Source of the DNA: Takakia lepidozioides
Taxonomy: Eukaryota > Plantae > Bryophyta
Assembly (NCBI GenBank): GCA_030704615.1
Contig: CM060732.1
Coordinates: 72,416,001 to 72,480,000 of the forward strand
Reading direction: 5' to 3'
Length of the DNA stretch: 64,000 nucleotides
Shown: positions 11,131-27,316 of the stretch, piece by piece
Position numbering within the stretch: the stretch's first letter is position 1
How the letters are laid out: each line of letters starts with the position of its first letter
Notes under the pieces: generated by a model
Told to the model about the DNA's origin: nothing
Seen by the model: the letters and a program-made list of their open reading frames with translations, nothing else
Database searches by the model: none
Translations under genes and position numbers: made by a program

Positions 11131-14100
11131 ATGGCAGCAGGCCAGGGAGGAGCGAGGCAATGGCGAGGCTGGAGATCGACGCAGCATCAGCAGCGCCTGC
11201 GGTTCTCGGCTCTAGTGACATGCAATGCATTGATAACATTCGCGTGCTCGCTTCTTCTGGCTGTTCATTTCTTGTGGCGGCCTGGCCCCGATTTATACAA
11301 GGACCAACTGCAATTTTCTTTCGAGCAGGAGAGGCGGACATGGACTACGACCATTGGGAAAGTGAACGAAGACAGTGTGTCTCTTGTTCACTCCAAATCG
11401 AGCCCCGGTTTTGTCACTCTTCATAATGGCGTGCTCAGTATGTGATGCTTTGTCCAGTTGGTGGGATTTGAAGATTTTTTTTAATTCAAGTGTCAGATAG
11501 CTACCCGCGGAGTGCACATATCATTAATGATTCTGTTTGCTTCGGCGTTTGTTTCTTGTCTGGCTTTTGGTGGTACTTTCTCGCGATGTTCGCAATGAAG
11601 AAAGGAAATGTTCCTTCCATCGCTCGCTTAAAGATGCTGTGTTTCCCTATTGAAGAGGAATCTTTCAACAATTTACGAGGGGCAAACCTCTTGTTTGCTC
11701 TCACGACATATTCGCACGATTAATTGTGCGTGCCGTAGTACTAAGCCCAGAATTCAAGAGGGTGGGTGTGGAACATGCATGATTGGGGAGAGGCTAGCCT
11801 AACAGCAGAGACATACGAGCTGAATGTCTCAGCAGGGTGGGTTTGGGGCAGTGCCACAGCTGGGATTTGGAACAGCAGGTCTGGGTCTTTCCACTGAGGT
11901 TGCAGTATCCTGGGCTCTGCAATCTGGCTATAGGTTTGTCCTCCACTCTATTTTTATCCAAGAGTGGAAGGCATATACATGTGGAATGGCAATGCATGTT
12001 TTATTTCTAGATAGGGCCTTAAGCATGCACTTGGAAGATCTAATAGCATCAGAGGGGGCAGTGTTACAGATTATTGGATTCAGCGCAGGCCTCCGAATGG
12101 TACAATGAGAAGGCTGTTGGTGCTGCAATTAAACACTTTGGCCTCCCAAGGCATGAACTGTTCCTGGTTTCAAAGGTATAAATCCAAGCCTACGATATCT
12201 CATGCAGTGTTTCCCATCGTGCTACTGCTACTTAATGCCACCCATTGTATAGCTAAACACAACTTATGACCACAGTTTTTCCGTTTTATGAGTTATAACC
12301 AGAAAGAGCTTGCCAATTGACAGTTTTTGTATTGATTATCTTGATGTGACAGCTACACCCAAGGCACTTGGGATACGAGGTCACAAGGCAGCACTTCAAC
12401 AGCTCCTTGCAAGATTTGCATACATCATATCTGGACCTCTTCCTGCTTCACTATCCCAGCTGCTTTCCTACCATATGTGGGGACTATAAGCCTGCTGGAT
12501 CCTGGCAAGAAAGGTGTGCATTTGGTGCTACAAATTGTATCCGAATTTCTTTTACCTTCTCTCCCTTTTTGGGGCTCTGTTTTAAGTAGAGACTACCCAG
12601 TCAGTTGGGCAGAGTCAATGAAGTGATCAACCAGTATGTTTAATCTGTCTAACTTGACTTGGTCAATGGTTAATTGTAACTCTGGAGATATCTTGATACT
12701 TATAATAATATGAATCGGTCAATGGTGTCCAAGACACAGCCCTTGCATTTGGCATGCCCTTGTTTGATCGATATTATTACTTCAGTCATAAGTTACTTAC
12801 ATAGACTACAAATGTATTAAAATTAGACAGAAAAAATCTGAAAATAGCCCAGAGAGGACTGCAAGGGCCCATTGGACAACTTAGAACAAACCATGAACAA
12901 TTTCAGAACAAGCAATTGTGAGCCCGAAGAAAAAGATCCTGTGCAAGGCACTTCAGATCTTCAACGCTGAAGGCCTCTGCTAAAGATTGGGAAGCTCTAA
13001 AGAGACAATAGTATCTCCCTTGCATCTAGGCAGGACGAGAGATGAAAAAGTGGTGTCTGTTTTCACTTCCTGTGCAGCCAGGAGAGAGAGAGATTAACTG
13101 ACCTCCCTTGTGTGGATTGCCATGGCAGCTGGAAGGCCTTAGAAGATCTCTATCATGAACTAAAAATCAGGACAATTGGGGTAAGTCTTGCCCACTCTTC
13201 GTCTTTCCTCATGTTGTAAGAATCCTACTGTTATCCATGAAAACTGCCTTAAAGTTTCCCAATCTTAAAAGAATGTTTGTATGATAGATCTAAGAAGTCG
13301 GAGGCAAGATGTCAGGTGAGCAATTTCAACAAGGAGGAGCTCCAGCAGCTTGTTGCGATTGCACGGGTCAAACCTTTTGTAGTTCAAAGGTAGGTGGACC
13401 TTTTTCAACTATCCATTTTTGAACTGGATGTACTTCACCTGTGTGAGTTAGAAGTAGTGGGGATTAAATGTGGGGGGGGGGGGGGGGGGCAGTTAGATAC
13501 ATCTTGCTATAGAGACAAATATTATTTTTGTATAGCAGGACTATGTTCTTCAGGACAGTTTTGGTGCATGTAGGCTGCATTGTTAATGAATGACCACATC
13601 CAGTTCTTCCACATTCCGAGCTCAAAGGGTAAGTGTTATGTCATATGCACATTATCTTATTTGGGTCTAGAGGGATGTAGAACTTCTTTGGGTTGTTCTT
13701 GAAAGAGGAGAAAGTGCAAAATCTGGTCAACATGATGACGGAGTCTTTGACATAGAGTTTCAACCATCTGCACACGTCATGCTCTGTGATATTCCTCCCC
13801 ATGCCATAAGCTGCCAAGATCAGGCCATCTCATCTGAAAACACTGAGGATGAGGCCTTCACCCCATGTGCATCTGAGTGCTTTTTTGAAGATACAGTGCC
13901 TTTTTTTCTTCAGACTACAGTCCAGTGATAGTACTAAGAATGTACTCAGTGCTGACTTTGAGCTTGGTTTGTGAAAGCAGGAACTCAGACCCTTTCAACT
14001 CTGACAACGAGATGCAGGTACTATTGTCCCTCTTTTGGCACCTCCCTTACCCATAAGACCAGTACTGTGCCTCTTATCAATTGGTCCTCCATGATTCAAT

Positions 14101-15173
14101 CAGAGTATTTAGTACACAGGGTTGTGTTGACATTGCTATGTTGTGCTGTAACACCTGCTGTAGCTTTATGGTGATTAGGCAATTTGCATATGGAACTGTA
14201 TTTTTTCACGCTAACAAGCTTCAACTTACTGCAAACATGAATTTGAAATTGAGGAAGCTACATTATGTGAAGTATGGGCGCTAACTCTGACTAGTTATAA
14301 TTGATTCAGGAATATTGTCATAAAGAGGGGATTCAATACATGGGTTACAGCACGTTAGGCAGCCAGTGGCTTATGCGAGGGTTCTTGTCCAACCCGGTAT
14401 TCTATCAAATCCAGTTCTTTCTTTGGATGTGTTCATCATTATGTTTGCCAACCAAAAATCTGTAAATTATTTAGAATTTATTGTATTCTAATGCTAGGTG
14501 GGTGGTGAACTTTGTTCTGAGATTCAACTTTGCAAATTGTTGGGTTGAGTTATGTTCTTTTGATATGTCGATGTGAGCAGGTGCTCAATCATCCCACAAT
14601 TTGGAGTATTGCAGCTACTCAGAATTGCAGTCCTGCTCAGGTATATCTTTCTTGCAAATTCAGGGAATCTAGGAGCAAAACTTGGCATGTACAATTGCAG
14701 GTTGTGCCAGACCCTTGTCTCATGGCTGTGTTTCTCTGTGAGACTCAGATGTGAACAAAGTGTCTGCAGTGCAAGCACAGCTGCATGTGTGACATCTGGG
14801 CTAGCCAGATTGTAATTTTGTCCCTCGCATTGGTTCCGCACACAGTTCTGGAGCAGCCTCCATCCCTGGTTGGTCGAGGTCTGATGGCAGGATTGGACAG
14901 TAGTATTTGCAGGAGGGTTGCGCGGTCCAGAAATAATGTCATAAGTACAGGGAGGAGTCAAACGGCAAAATGCAGCTTTGATTGCACTCATGTTTTGTTG
15001 GCATTGAACAGGTGGTTTTGAAGTGGGCTCTAGAGAAACAACAGGTGGTTATCCCACGATCTAGTGACCAGCATCGAATATATGAGAATCTACAGGCTCG
15101 CCATTGCAAGCTCAGCAATGCCCACATATTCCAAATTGATGCCTTGGATGGTCATGCTCCTGTGGTAGCCTAA
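11131..15173 (+). CDS. Aldo-keto reductase with predicted N-terminal membrane anchor, 10 exons
   Basis: PQLGFGTAGL, GYRLLDSAQASEWY (catalytic D, Y), LFLVSK (K), YLDLFLLHYP (H), IGVSNF, SPAQVVLKWAL, VIPRSS..RIYEN; all junctions GT-AG and phase-compatible; hydrophobic stretch FSALVTCNALITFACSLLLAVHFLW in exon 1. Confidence 0.9.
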
Positions 15174-16187
15174 TATGCATTTTTTCTTTCTTGATCTTCC
15201 AATTGTTCTCTTTTTTTACATGCAGACTGGTCATAATCATGTTAGGCCCTTAGCACCGGGTTCCATCTGCAAGCAATAGGCTGAAGTTGTGCAAGCAAGC
15301 ATTACACTGAAGAGATGGGTTTGCCCCAGAGTAAGAATGGTCAACTAATCATGTGGTAAATTTTGTAGTAAAAGGTTTGTTGGTGACGTGCATCTGATGT
15401 ACATCTATAATTGCAAGACCTCTTTTTAGCCTCCAGTGTTAAGATATTCAAGGCAATATCGCAAGCCTCATCAATAGGCCATGTTGAAACAAGTTGAGGA
15501 AATCTGACATTACTAGGTTTCCCTTGGAAGACATTTCTAGATTTTCCACAATGTCACCTGGCCTTGTCACAAACCCACATTTGCTGGTTTCACCATGTCA
15601 AACTGCTGGGGCAAGGGGCCAGGGGTATGCATATAATCTTTTCGTTTTGGGGCGAGATTTGGCAAGTACTCCAGCCATGGAGTGTTTTTCAAATCTTCAT
15701 ACCTGTCAGTTATTTATAATTGTTGGTTATTTGGGTTAACTGGCAGACTGGTTCTTTAATAACCTAAATGATAAGGTGTGCCACCAACTGGAAGAATTGG
15801 CTGACATTCAAAAAGACCAATTTCATGGCCCCCCAAACCCCCAATTCACTGCCCTGGTAGGTAAGGGTCAGGTGTAGCTACGAAAGCAGAAATGCATTGT
15901 AGCCCATACCATCACAAGGTCGGATGCACAAGAGCACTTTGGGCAAATTCACTTCAGGGGCCCATAGAGGTGAAAGAAGCAGAAAAAAGACTATTATGCC
16001 TGCAAATGATGTAGTCCCAGGTTGAGAGATGTCTCTTTTGAGACTAACTGCTCACTCTAACCACTGACACTCTTTGACTCCACTCGGCCACCCCTACCAA
16101 TCAGGCTTGGGGGGTACTGTCACTTCTTTCTGGATAAAGAATGACATTGAAGACACCAGAAAGCGTCTCAGAAATCAAATGTATGAG

Positions 16188-19739
<3,552 letters not shown>

Positions 19740-20348
19740 CGCCTCCTCCAATTACGAAAATTCAGCAGAAGAGGAGACAAACCAGAGCCTTGTCCGTAGT
19801 GCTTTGCTTTGTTTGGAGCAAAGAGCAGAGTTGTGGAGAATTTGGCTGTGGAGCAAGGGTAAGGTCGATTTGCTTCGAGCCTTCCGCCTTCCGTGCCTCC
19901 TCCAACAAGAGTTTCATCCCCAGTTTGAGTGCAAACGTAAAGTCAGCAAAATTGGGCACAAGTTTCCGTGCAGACGTCTCGCAGGTCGCTCGGCAAAACC
20001 CAAACTGGGTATGATACCTAATTTCATCCCGTGTTTCTTTCCTTTGTATCGGTTTGGTCCCCAGTTTCTTAACTCGTCCCCAGTTTTTGGCACTTTACGG
20101 AACACTTTAATGTCATCGCGATATTCCAGAACAAGTCTGCACTCGCGCTCCTCTCTCCAAGAGAGACAGAGAGAGACAACGGGTCGGATCGGGTCGACCC
20201 GTGTCGGGTGACTCAACCCGTTGGATCGTCGCCCGCGCAGAGGTTCGGCCGTTGTTTCGTGGGGTCAGCCCCTGGTAGCGAACAAACACCGTGCGATCAT
20301 TTGATATCGAACGATCTAAAAACACGAAAGGATTCGGGTGTATATCAG

Positions 20349-20943
<595 letters not shown>

Positions 20944-20974
20944 TTTGTGCTGGAGGCTTTGTTTCTGTTCTAAT

Positions 20975-20990
20975 GGTGTTTTTTAACACC
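20975..20990 (+). terminator. Histone 3'-UTR stem-loop-like element
   Basis: GGTGTT-TTTT-AACACC (6-bp stem, 4-nt U loop) followed by ACC, 31 nt after the H4 stop codon. Confidence 0.7.
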
Positions 20991-22315
20991 ACCTTTCGAA
21001 GTAATTCTCACTCCGGTGCTAGTAGGTTCTGTTTCTGGTCGTAGAGTTTGCATGTTTTTGGTGGTATAGCTTGTCGCTAGTTGCACTCTCGCAAGTTCTT
21101 CCAGAGTGCTTTCGCTTGGGGCACAATTGCTTTTCAGGGCTGCACGCTTCTGATCTGTTGCCGTTCTGGTTCAAATCTTTGTTTATGCTACTGGTTGGCA
21201 TGAGAATGTGAGTGGTTTTCCTTTGTAGAGAAGCATGGAGGGTTACAGGGATCTGCAGAGAAGGTTGGAGGTCTTGTAGAGGTTTGAGATGGACCCTTCC
21301 CGTCTGGTAGGGATGCGGAAAGACGTCGACGAGTTTGAGTCTCTTCGACTATTATGTAGTTCTAACATGTCAGCGGATAGTATGCTATGATAATGTGGAT
21401 CAATTCACTGATAATCTGGTAGTTCATGTTCGTACCAATTGTCTTGGATAGTTGCAGGCAAGATAATGGTTTAACTGCCGCCTTGGCGCTTGGTGCTTAT
21501 TAGAGTAGATCTACGATGTCATGTAAACGATAGGGTTGCATGTTAGTGCTTGTTGTTACACAACATGTGAAGATTCGACCATGTAGGGCTAAGAAGATCA
21601 CACCTTCTTTACATGTAGTGTCCCAGACAGTGAAATTTTCACTATAAGGTATCTAAATCTATGTAATGGATGCAATCTCAAAAGTTGCGATTGGTTTTAG
21701 GGCAGCCTTCGGAGCAGCGAGCACAGACTCTCAATGAATTGGTGAGACCCCCGAGCACATCGTTGTTATCCATTCTGCTATCAAAGTGTTGCAATGTTAT
21801 TGCATATAGGTAACAGTCACTTCCATGGCATTCAAATCTGCACTTAGCATTCGACAGTTGGAATGCGAACAGTTAGCAGTGAACTACCACTCCATCTCTG
21901 CTTCAATTTCGGAAATTAGCTTGAATTTTCACCTGGAAGCGTGCGAAATCTCGGAACATGTTTGTTGCTATGCTCGGATATTTGAGTAGGTGACAACTAA
22001 CAAGTATAATGGTGGACAAGATAAAGATTTGACACCTACCTTGACGCGCATGCTTGGTTTGCTCACATCCTGTAACATGACTCCTGCCTCTAGTAGCGTG
22101 AGATGACTGGCCGTCCCACTCTCAATGTCGATTCCACAATAACGAATTGGACTGCACATTTTTTTTGCATTTTAGATTGAATGTGTTTACTGAATGAATA
22201 TGTCTCCCTATCCCACCCTTAGAGGACAGTCCCTGTAAGCCCCCGAGTTTGTTAAATACTCAAGACAGATGATACAAACTACAAACAAGAGTAACAAGAA
22301 CTCAACAAGCTCCAC

Positions 22316-22327
22316 TGGCATCAGAGC
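22316..22327 (+). mobile_element. Orphan tRNA-Met(i) primer-binding-site-like sequence of an LTR element
   Basis: TGGCATCAGAGC (one mismatch to TGGTATCAGAGC) one base after a CA; no second LTR or coding sequence identified. Confidence 0.35.
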
Positions 22328-22458
22328 TTTGGAGCATCTTCGTCTAGGAGAAGGGTCTTTCTTGAGACCCTTCCCGGATTTGAGCCGTCGCGAGCCTCTT
22401 CTCCTGCGTAAAGAACTATGATTTTTATTTACTCATTTATTTATTTAGGGGATGAAAC

Positions 22459-23109
22459 CAGTGTTGGACTGGTATACCTGGTTTAACCGAGGTATGGAAT
22501 ACAGGTATGAATATATATATATTGAAGAACATACCAGTCGGGTATGAAAGAACCAGTGTATCCATGTGATACACGTACTGGGGTGTGTATGTCTTTAGGG
22601 TTCCCCCCACACATACCATACCAGTCTGGGTATATGGAGGAATAGCGTGGTCCGAGACCAGTATTGCAGTGAGTTCATGGCGAATGGAGGTACGTATGAG
22701 TATATGTTAGTGCAGCTAGTTATACCCTGTACTACAATTTGGTTAATTCAAGGCTCCATGTTGCAATTTAGACTTCATTTGCTGTTTCGTGCTACTTTGG
22801 GTTACCTTTGCCTAGTGTTTCATGGCTTGGATTAAAATTAGCTATGTGCTAAATGACATTTATTTCTATGTATGGTGAGCTGTAGAAATACCATACCAGT
22901 GCTCATACCCCCCAGTATCACTACAGAGAAAGGGCAATACCAGTACCATACTCATATATAGTCCACAGTACAACTACTCTTACCAGATTCATACCCAAGT
23001 TGCTCATACCTGTATAGATACCTATACCAGCCTGGTATTAAAAAGGGGTGGGACCCTTCATACCAGGACCAGTCTGGTATTAAAAAATGGACATACCAGT
23101 CCAACACTG
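22459..23109. mobile_element. Non-autonomous hAT element (MITE), 651 bp
   Basis: 17-bp TIR CAGTGTTGGACTGGTAT / ATACCAGTCCAACACTG; 8-bp TSD GATGAAAC at 22451-22458 and 23110-23117; many internal ATACC(AG) subterminal motifs. Confidence 0.92.
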
Positions 23110-24313
23110 GATGAAACCCGATTATTTTATTAAGTGCGGAAAAATAAACCCCATTGGGGCCATAAGGCATGCACACTTGCAGTGAGGGACGAACCCAGAG
23201 AGCACTGTTCTCTCTTGGAAGAGAGGATCCCTCACTGTATAAGTATTCCAACCGCACATGCACACTTTACCCCCCCTCTACACCCATCTACATCCGGCTG
23301 AGAAAGGCAGTGCTACTATCTGCAGACTAGGTCTAAGCTGCCATTGAAGCAGGAGCTCACGAGGTGCGATCTCCCAAATCAGGGAACGATCTGACGATGC
23401 AGAGTTCCAAACTATAACAGCTAGGATCTAAAAGCTGCGAGAAAACAGAATCTGCCATCTAGAGGACATCGATGAAGAGTGAAGCCTGGACCTGTCCAGG
23501 TTTTGGGGGTTTTTCTGTCATATGTTCAAATACCTCATGTTTCCTGTATATAAAGCTGTACAGGTTTTCATCCTGTGGACTAGTAGAGTAAGAGAGAGAG
23601 AGAAGGTGTGAGACCATTGAAGAGGGTAGCTTGGAGACAGACATTGGCGGACGAAAGACGAAGCAGGCCGAGGAGCGATTTCACTGGTCGAAGCTTTTTC
23701 CATTTGCGGAGTACCTTCTGAATTACGTAAGGTATTTTGCCAGCGTGGCAAGGCCCTTACGGGGGACCGGAAGGTACAGTGCAGTCTTCTGCCCTATAAA
23801 CGACCTAAAAATGAACTAAGAAAAATATCATGGTTCTTTACGACTGCTTAGAGCCGCGGCGCAGAAGGTTTTGATCTGCTGGAAATTAATCTTTTCAATT
23901 GCAGTTGCATTCTTCCGATTTGTTTTTGTTTTTGAAGGAAACACCTGGGAAACCCCGAAATTCAGCAGTCACGAAACTTCCAAGGCCGTGAGCATGTGGT
24001 ATAATAGGATACAAGGCGCAAAACCCTCATTTCCGGAGGTGCGCTGCGTGCCACGCTCCTAAGGGAAGCTCGCCACCAGCCTCTGTAACCTAGAAAGCCT
24101 TCATCTCCATTTGCTGTGTATGCGACAGGCACTGCTTGGGTTCGGAAATGACGCTTGTCCTCTGCGATAAGTATCCACTATAGAAAAAGCACTCTCCACA
24201 GAGCGGGCCGCCCGTTGGACAGACTGTCAGATCCTCTGCTTTTGTCGTTGATTCTGAGGGCAGAGTCGAGTAGCAGTCTTCAGCCGGATCGGCTGTGTTT
24301 TAGAAGAGGAATC

Positions 24314-25570
24314 ATGAAGGTGACGGTGTTGACAGCCGATGAGCGGATAGTTTCCCTGGATGTGGAGCCTGACGAGCTGGTTGAGAATTTGAAGGCCATA
24401 TTGGAAGTGGAGACACAAGTACCGCTTAGTCAGCAACAAATATTGTTCAATGGCCAAGAGGTTCCAAACACTGCCCGCCTGAATGCAGCTGGTGTAGTTG
24501 ACAATGACTTGTTAATGCTTGTTTCGGCCCCCACGTCCTTCAGTGCAGGAGGGCTGGCACCAAGCGATTTGGCCCTCAATCCAGATGGGTCTGCTGTCAA
24601 TCCGATTGCCCTTCAGAGACACCTTCGTGGTGATCCGAATGCCATGAATCAGCTACAGCTAAGGAACCCTGAAATAGCACAAGCGGTGCTGGGCAATAAT
24701 GTTGAGGTCTTCCAGAGGCTTTTACGACAGCAACATCAACACGCAAAAGAGCTTGAACAGCGGCATCAACAAGAAATTGATTTGATGAATGCTGATCCTT
24801 TTGATGTGGAGGCACAAAAGAGAATCGAGGAAGCGATTCGTCAGAAAAACGTGAATGAGAACTGGGAGGCTGCAGTTGAGTACAATCCAGAGGGTTTTGC
24901 GCGCGTGATAATGCTCTATGTGGATATGGAGGTCAATGGTGTTCCTTTGAAGGCGTTTGTGGACAGTGGAGCTCAAAGCACTATCATTTCAAAGCAATGC
25001 GCAGAACGGTGTGGGCTTTTCAGGCTGTTGGATCGACGTTATGTTGGCATTGCCAAAGGAGTTGGTCAGACTGAGATTGTTGGGCGGATCCATGTTGCAC
25101 CGCTCAAGATAGGGGGCAACTTCTACCCCTGTTCCTTTACCGTGCTGGACCAGCCTGATTTGGAATTTATTTTTGGCCTAGATATGCTTCGAAAACATCA
25201 GTGTTCCATTGATTTGCAAAACAACGTTCTTCACGTTGGTGGAGGGGATATTTCTGTCCCTTTCTTGCAAGAGAAAGATCTGCCACTGCATTTGCATGAC
25301 GATAAACAAGTTGAAGATGCTCCATCGGCCTCTGGCACCAGCAGTGCTTTAGTAGACGTGCATCCCCCAGAAACCATTCATGCACCTGCTGGTCGAGTAT
25401 CTGCCCAGGATGCAAAGAAGAGAGCTAGAAGCCCACAGGACATGTCTGCAGCAGAGTTGAAGGTGCAAAGATTGGTGGATCTTGGGTTTGATCGTGCAGC
25501 AGTTCTCCATGCCCTCGTTCTCTTCAAGGGAAATGAAGAGCAAGCTGCTAGCTATCTATTTGGAGGCTAA
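24314..25570 (+). CDS. DDI1: DNA damage-inducible protein 1 (UBL - retroviral-type aspartyl protease - UBA), intronless 418-aa CDS
   Basis: UBL MKVTVLTADE..VENLKAILEVE; DPFDVEAQKRIEEAIRQ; MLYVDMEVNG..AFVDSGAQSTIIS; FIFGLDMLRKHQC; UBA LVDLGFDRAAV..GNEEQAASYLF. Confidence 0.96.
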   Translation: MKVTVLTADERIVSLDVEPDELVENLKAILEVETQVPLSQQQILFNGQEVPNTARLNAAGVVDNDLLMLVSAPTSFSAGGLAPSDLALNPDGSAVNPIALQRHLRGDPNAMNQLQLRNPEIAQAVLGNNVEVFQRLLRQQHQHAKELEQRHQQEIDLMNADPFDVEAQKRIEEAIRQKNVNENWEAAVEYNPEGFARVIMLYVDMEVNGVPLKAFVDSGAQSTIISKQCAERCGLFRLLDRRYVGIAKGVGQTEIVGRIHVAPLKIGGNFYPCSFTVLDQPDLEFIFGLDMLRKHQCSIDLQNNVLHVGGGDISVPFLQEKDLPLHLHDDKQVEDAPSASGTSSALVDVHPPETIHAPAGRVSAQDAKKRARSPQDMSAAELKVQRLVDLGFDRAAVLHALVLFKGNEEQAASYLFGG

Positions 25571-26338
25571 TGATGGCTTAAGCTGTGCATCATTGTTAGA
25601 AGCGAGGCTTTCTAGACAGCCCGCTTTGCAGAAGAGTTTAAGTCTACAATTGAATTTTGTGTAATTCCTGGATAGAAAATAAAATGCTTGGAGACTCCCC
25701 TGGATTGGTGTGCCAAAGAAAAGCAAAGATGAGTATGTTGACATGCACTTGGAGTCTACCTATTGCATGAATGTATCATGCTAAATAACCATTACCTTGT
25801 GGGCCTAAGGAGGCTTCAAACAATAGCTTAAAACTACACTCCTACGTGCGCTTTGTGGGTCATAGCACTGGCTTTTGGTGCATGCTCTTGGCACCTTCTC
25901 AACACTGCGCTCAAGGATGGATGTTTTGGGGAAGTCAAAGCACCTGCCGCAGACATGCTGCAAAACCAGACACAAGGACTGGAGCAAGAGAGGCTTGTCC
26001 TTCAGCAAAAATCAGAGTATCACTTAGGTGTTGCTCTCAATTTTTCCCAGGCTTCAGCAATTGTTGGATGGTGGGTGGTGCGGGTGTTGGTCCTAGACTT
26101 TGGGCTTGTTGTGTCAAGGTATTCCTTCCTCCCATTTGAGGCCATGTAGCACATATGCTCCCACTTTTACATGCTTGTGCTTGGAGCTTGGGGCTTTTTT
26201 GACCATTTTTGGTTTTCTCACTTTCTCTAGGTCCCACAGCTCATCTGGCCTCCAGTGGGCATCATCTTTTTTTCTACTTCTCTAGTTTTCTAGTTCTATG
26301 TTGTCTAGACGTTAGAATTTTTTTCATCCAGATCAGGC

Positions 26339-27196
26339 TTATGGTCTATTGGGCCAGCTATCCCTTTCCGCGGCACCCTCCTCCTTCAATAACAGCGCCT
26401 TCACCATCGCATTGTGGATCAGCTGCTGACCAGCCTCATCACATATATACACAGGAAGTGTTGTTGCCATAGTTGAAGGAAGCCCATAACCTGCCAATGT
26501 TGCCTCCACATCTTCCCTGACTGCCCCAACTGACCCATGCGAGTACTTCGTGGGTGGTGGCCACTCTGCACTATTAGGTTCAGGATAACAAACAGATTGC
26601 AATGCCGGTTCCTTCAATGAGCTTTGACTGAATCTGTCAAAATCCAGTGAGGAATCTCTAGAGGTTGCAGGTAGCCTTTGCTCACCACTCCGTCCCTGTG
26701 CCGCCTTCCACCCACGGTTGTCCTGTGACCCTTTTTTCCATTGGGGCTTACTATCCTCCATTGACCCTGCCTGAGAAGTGGTACTACAATCATCCGTCCA
26801 GTCATGCTGCTCCCCTGACAGAGCCCCATGCAATAGTGGTGATGTTGAGCTTTTACTTAGATCTATTGAAGAACCTCTGGATGCTCGTCCCTTTCGCAAG
26901 CGTCCAATGTCACCCTCTGAGCCCGTCTCAGATTCAGCAGCTGAATTACTCCACTTCTGCTGCTTGATTGACAGGGGCGCAAGCAATGTTGCGGTCCCAC
27001 CACCATCAATCCAAAGCTCACTACGTGGGCCACTACTAGTACTGGCACTTGAGGACAAGTCATCAGTATGCCAGGGCCTCGCAGCATCAATCCTCAGGCC
27101 AGCATCATCATTAAACCGAGGCCTTGCTGCATCAATCCCCAAATTCATAGCTGCTCTTGCCTTACCCCTTTGAACAGACTGCCTTGCAAGCTCCAC
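26339..27196 (-). other. Unassigned Ser/Gly-rich open frame (possible decayed TE ORF1 or gene relic)
   Basis: 285 codons open, non-ATG start, internal IDAARP duplication; no domain recognised. Confidence 0.25.
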
Positions 27197-27316
27197 ACTC
27201 GGGGCTTCAGGCTTCGGCTGTTTATGCTTCTCACACCAACTGGCATGTGCCCTGCTTATGTATGTAGTCTGGAGATTTTTGAGTTGTCTCTGAAAAACGA
27301 TTTTGAGGACATATCA

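Noticed and set aside
24155-24313. N-terminal extension of DDI1 in the ORF track
   Set aside because: Non-ATG start; the UBL begins at ATG 24314, and the upstream sequence looks like UTR or intron.
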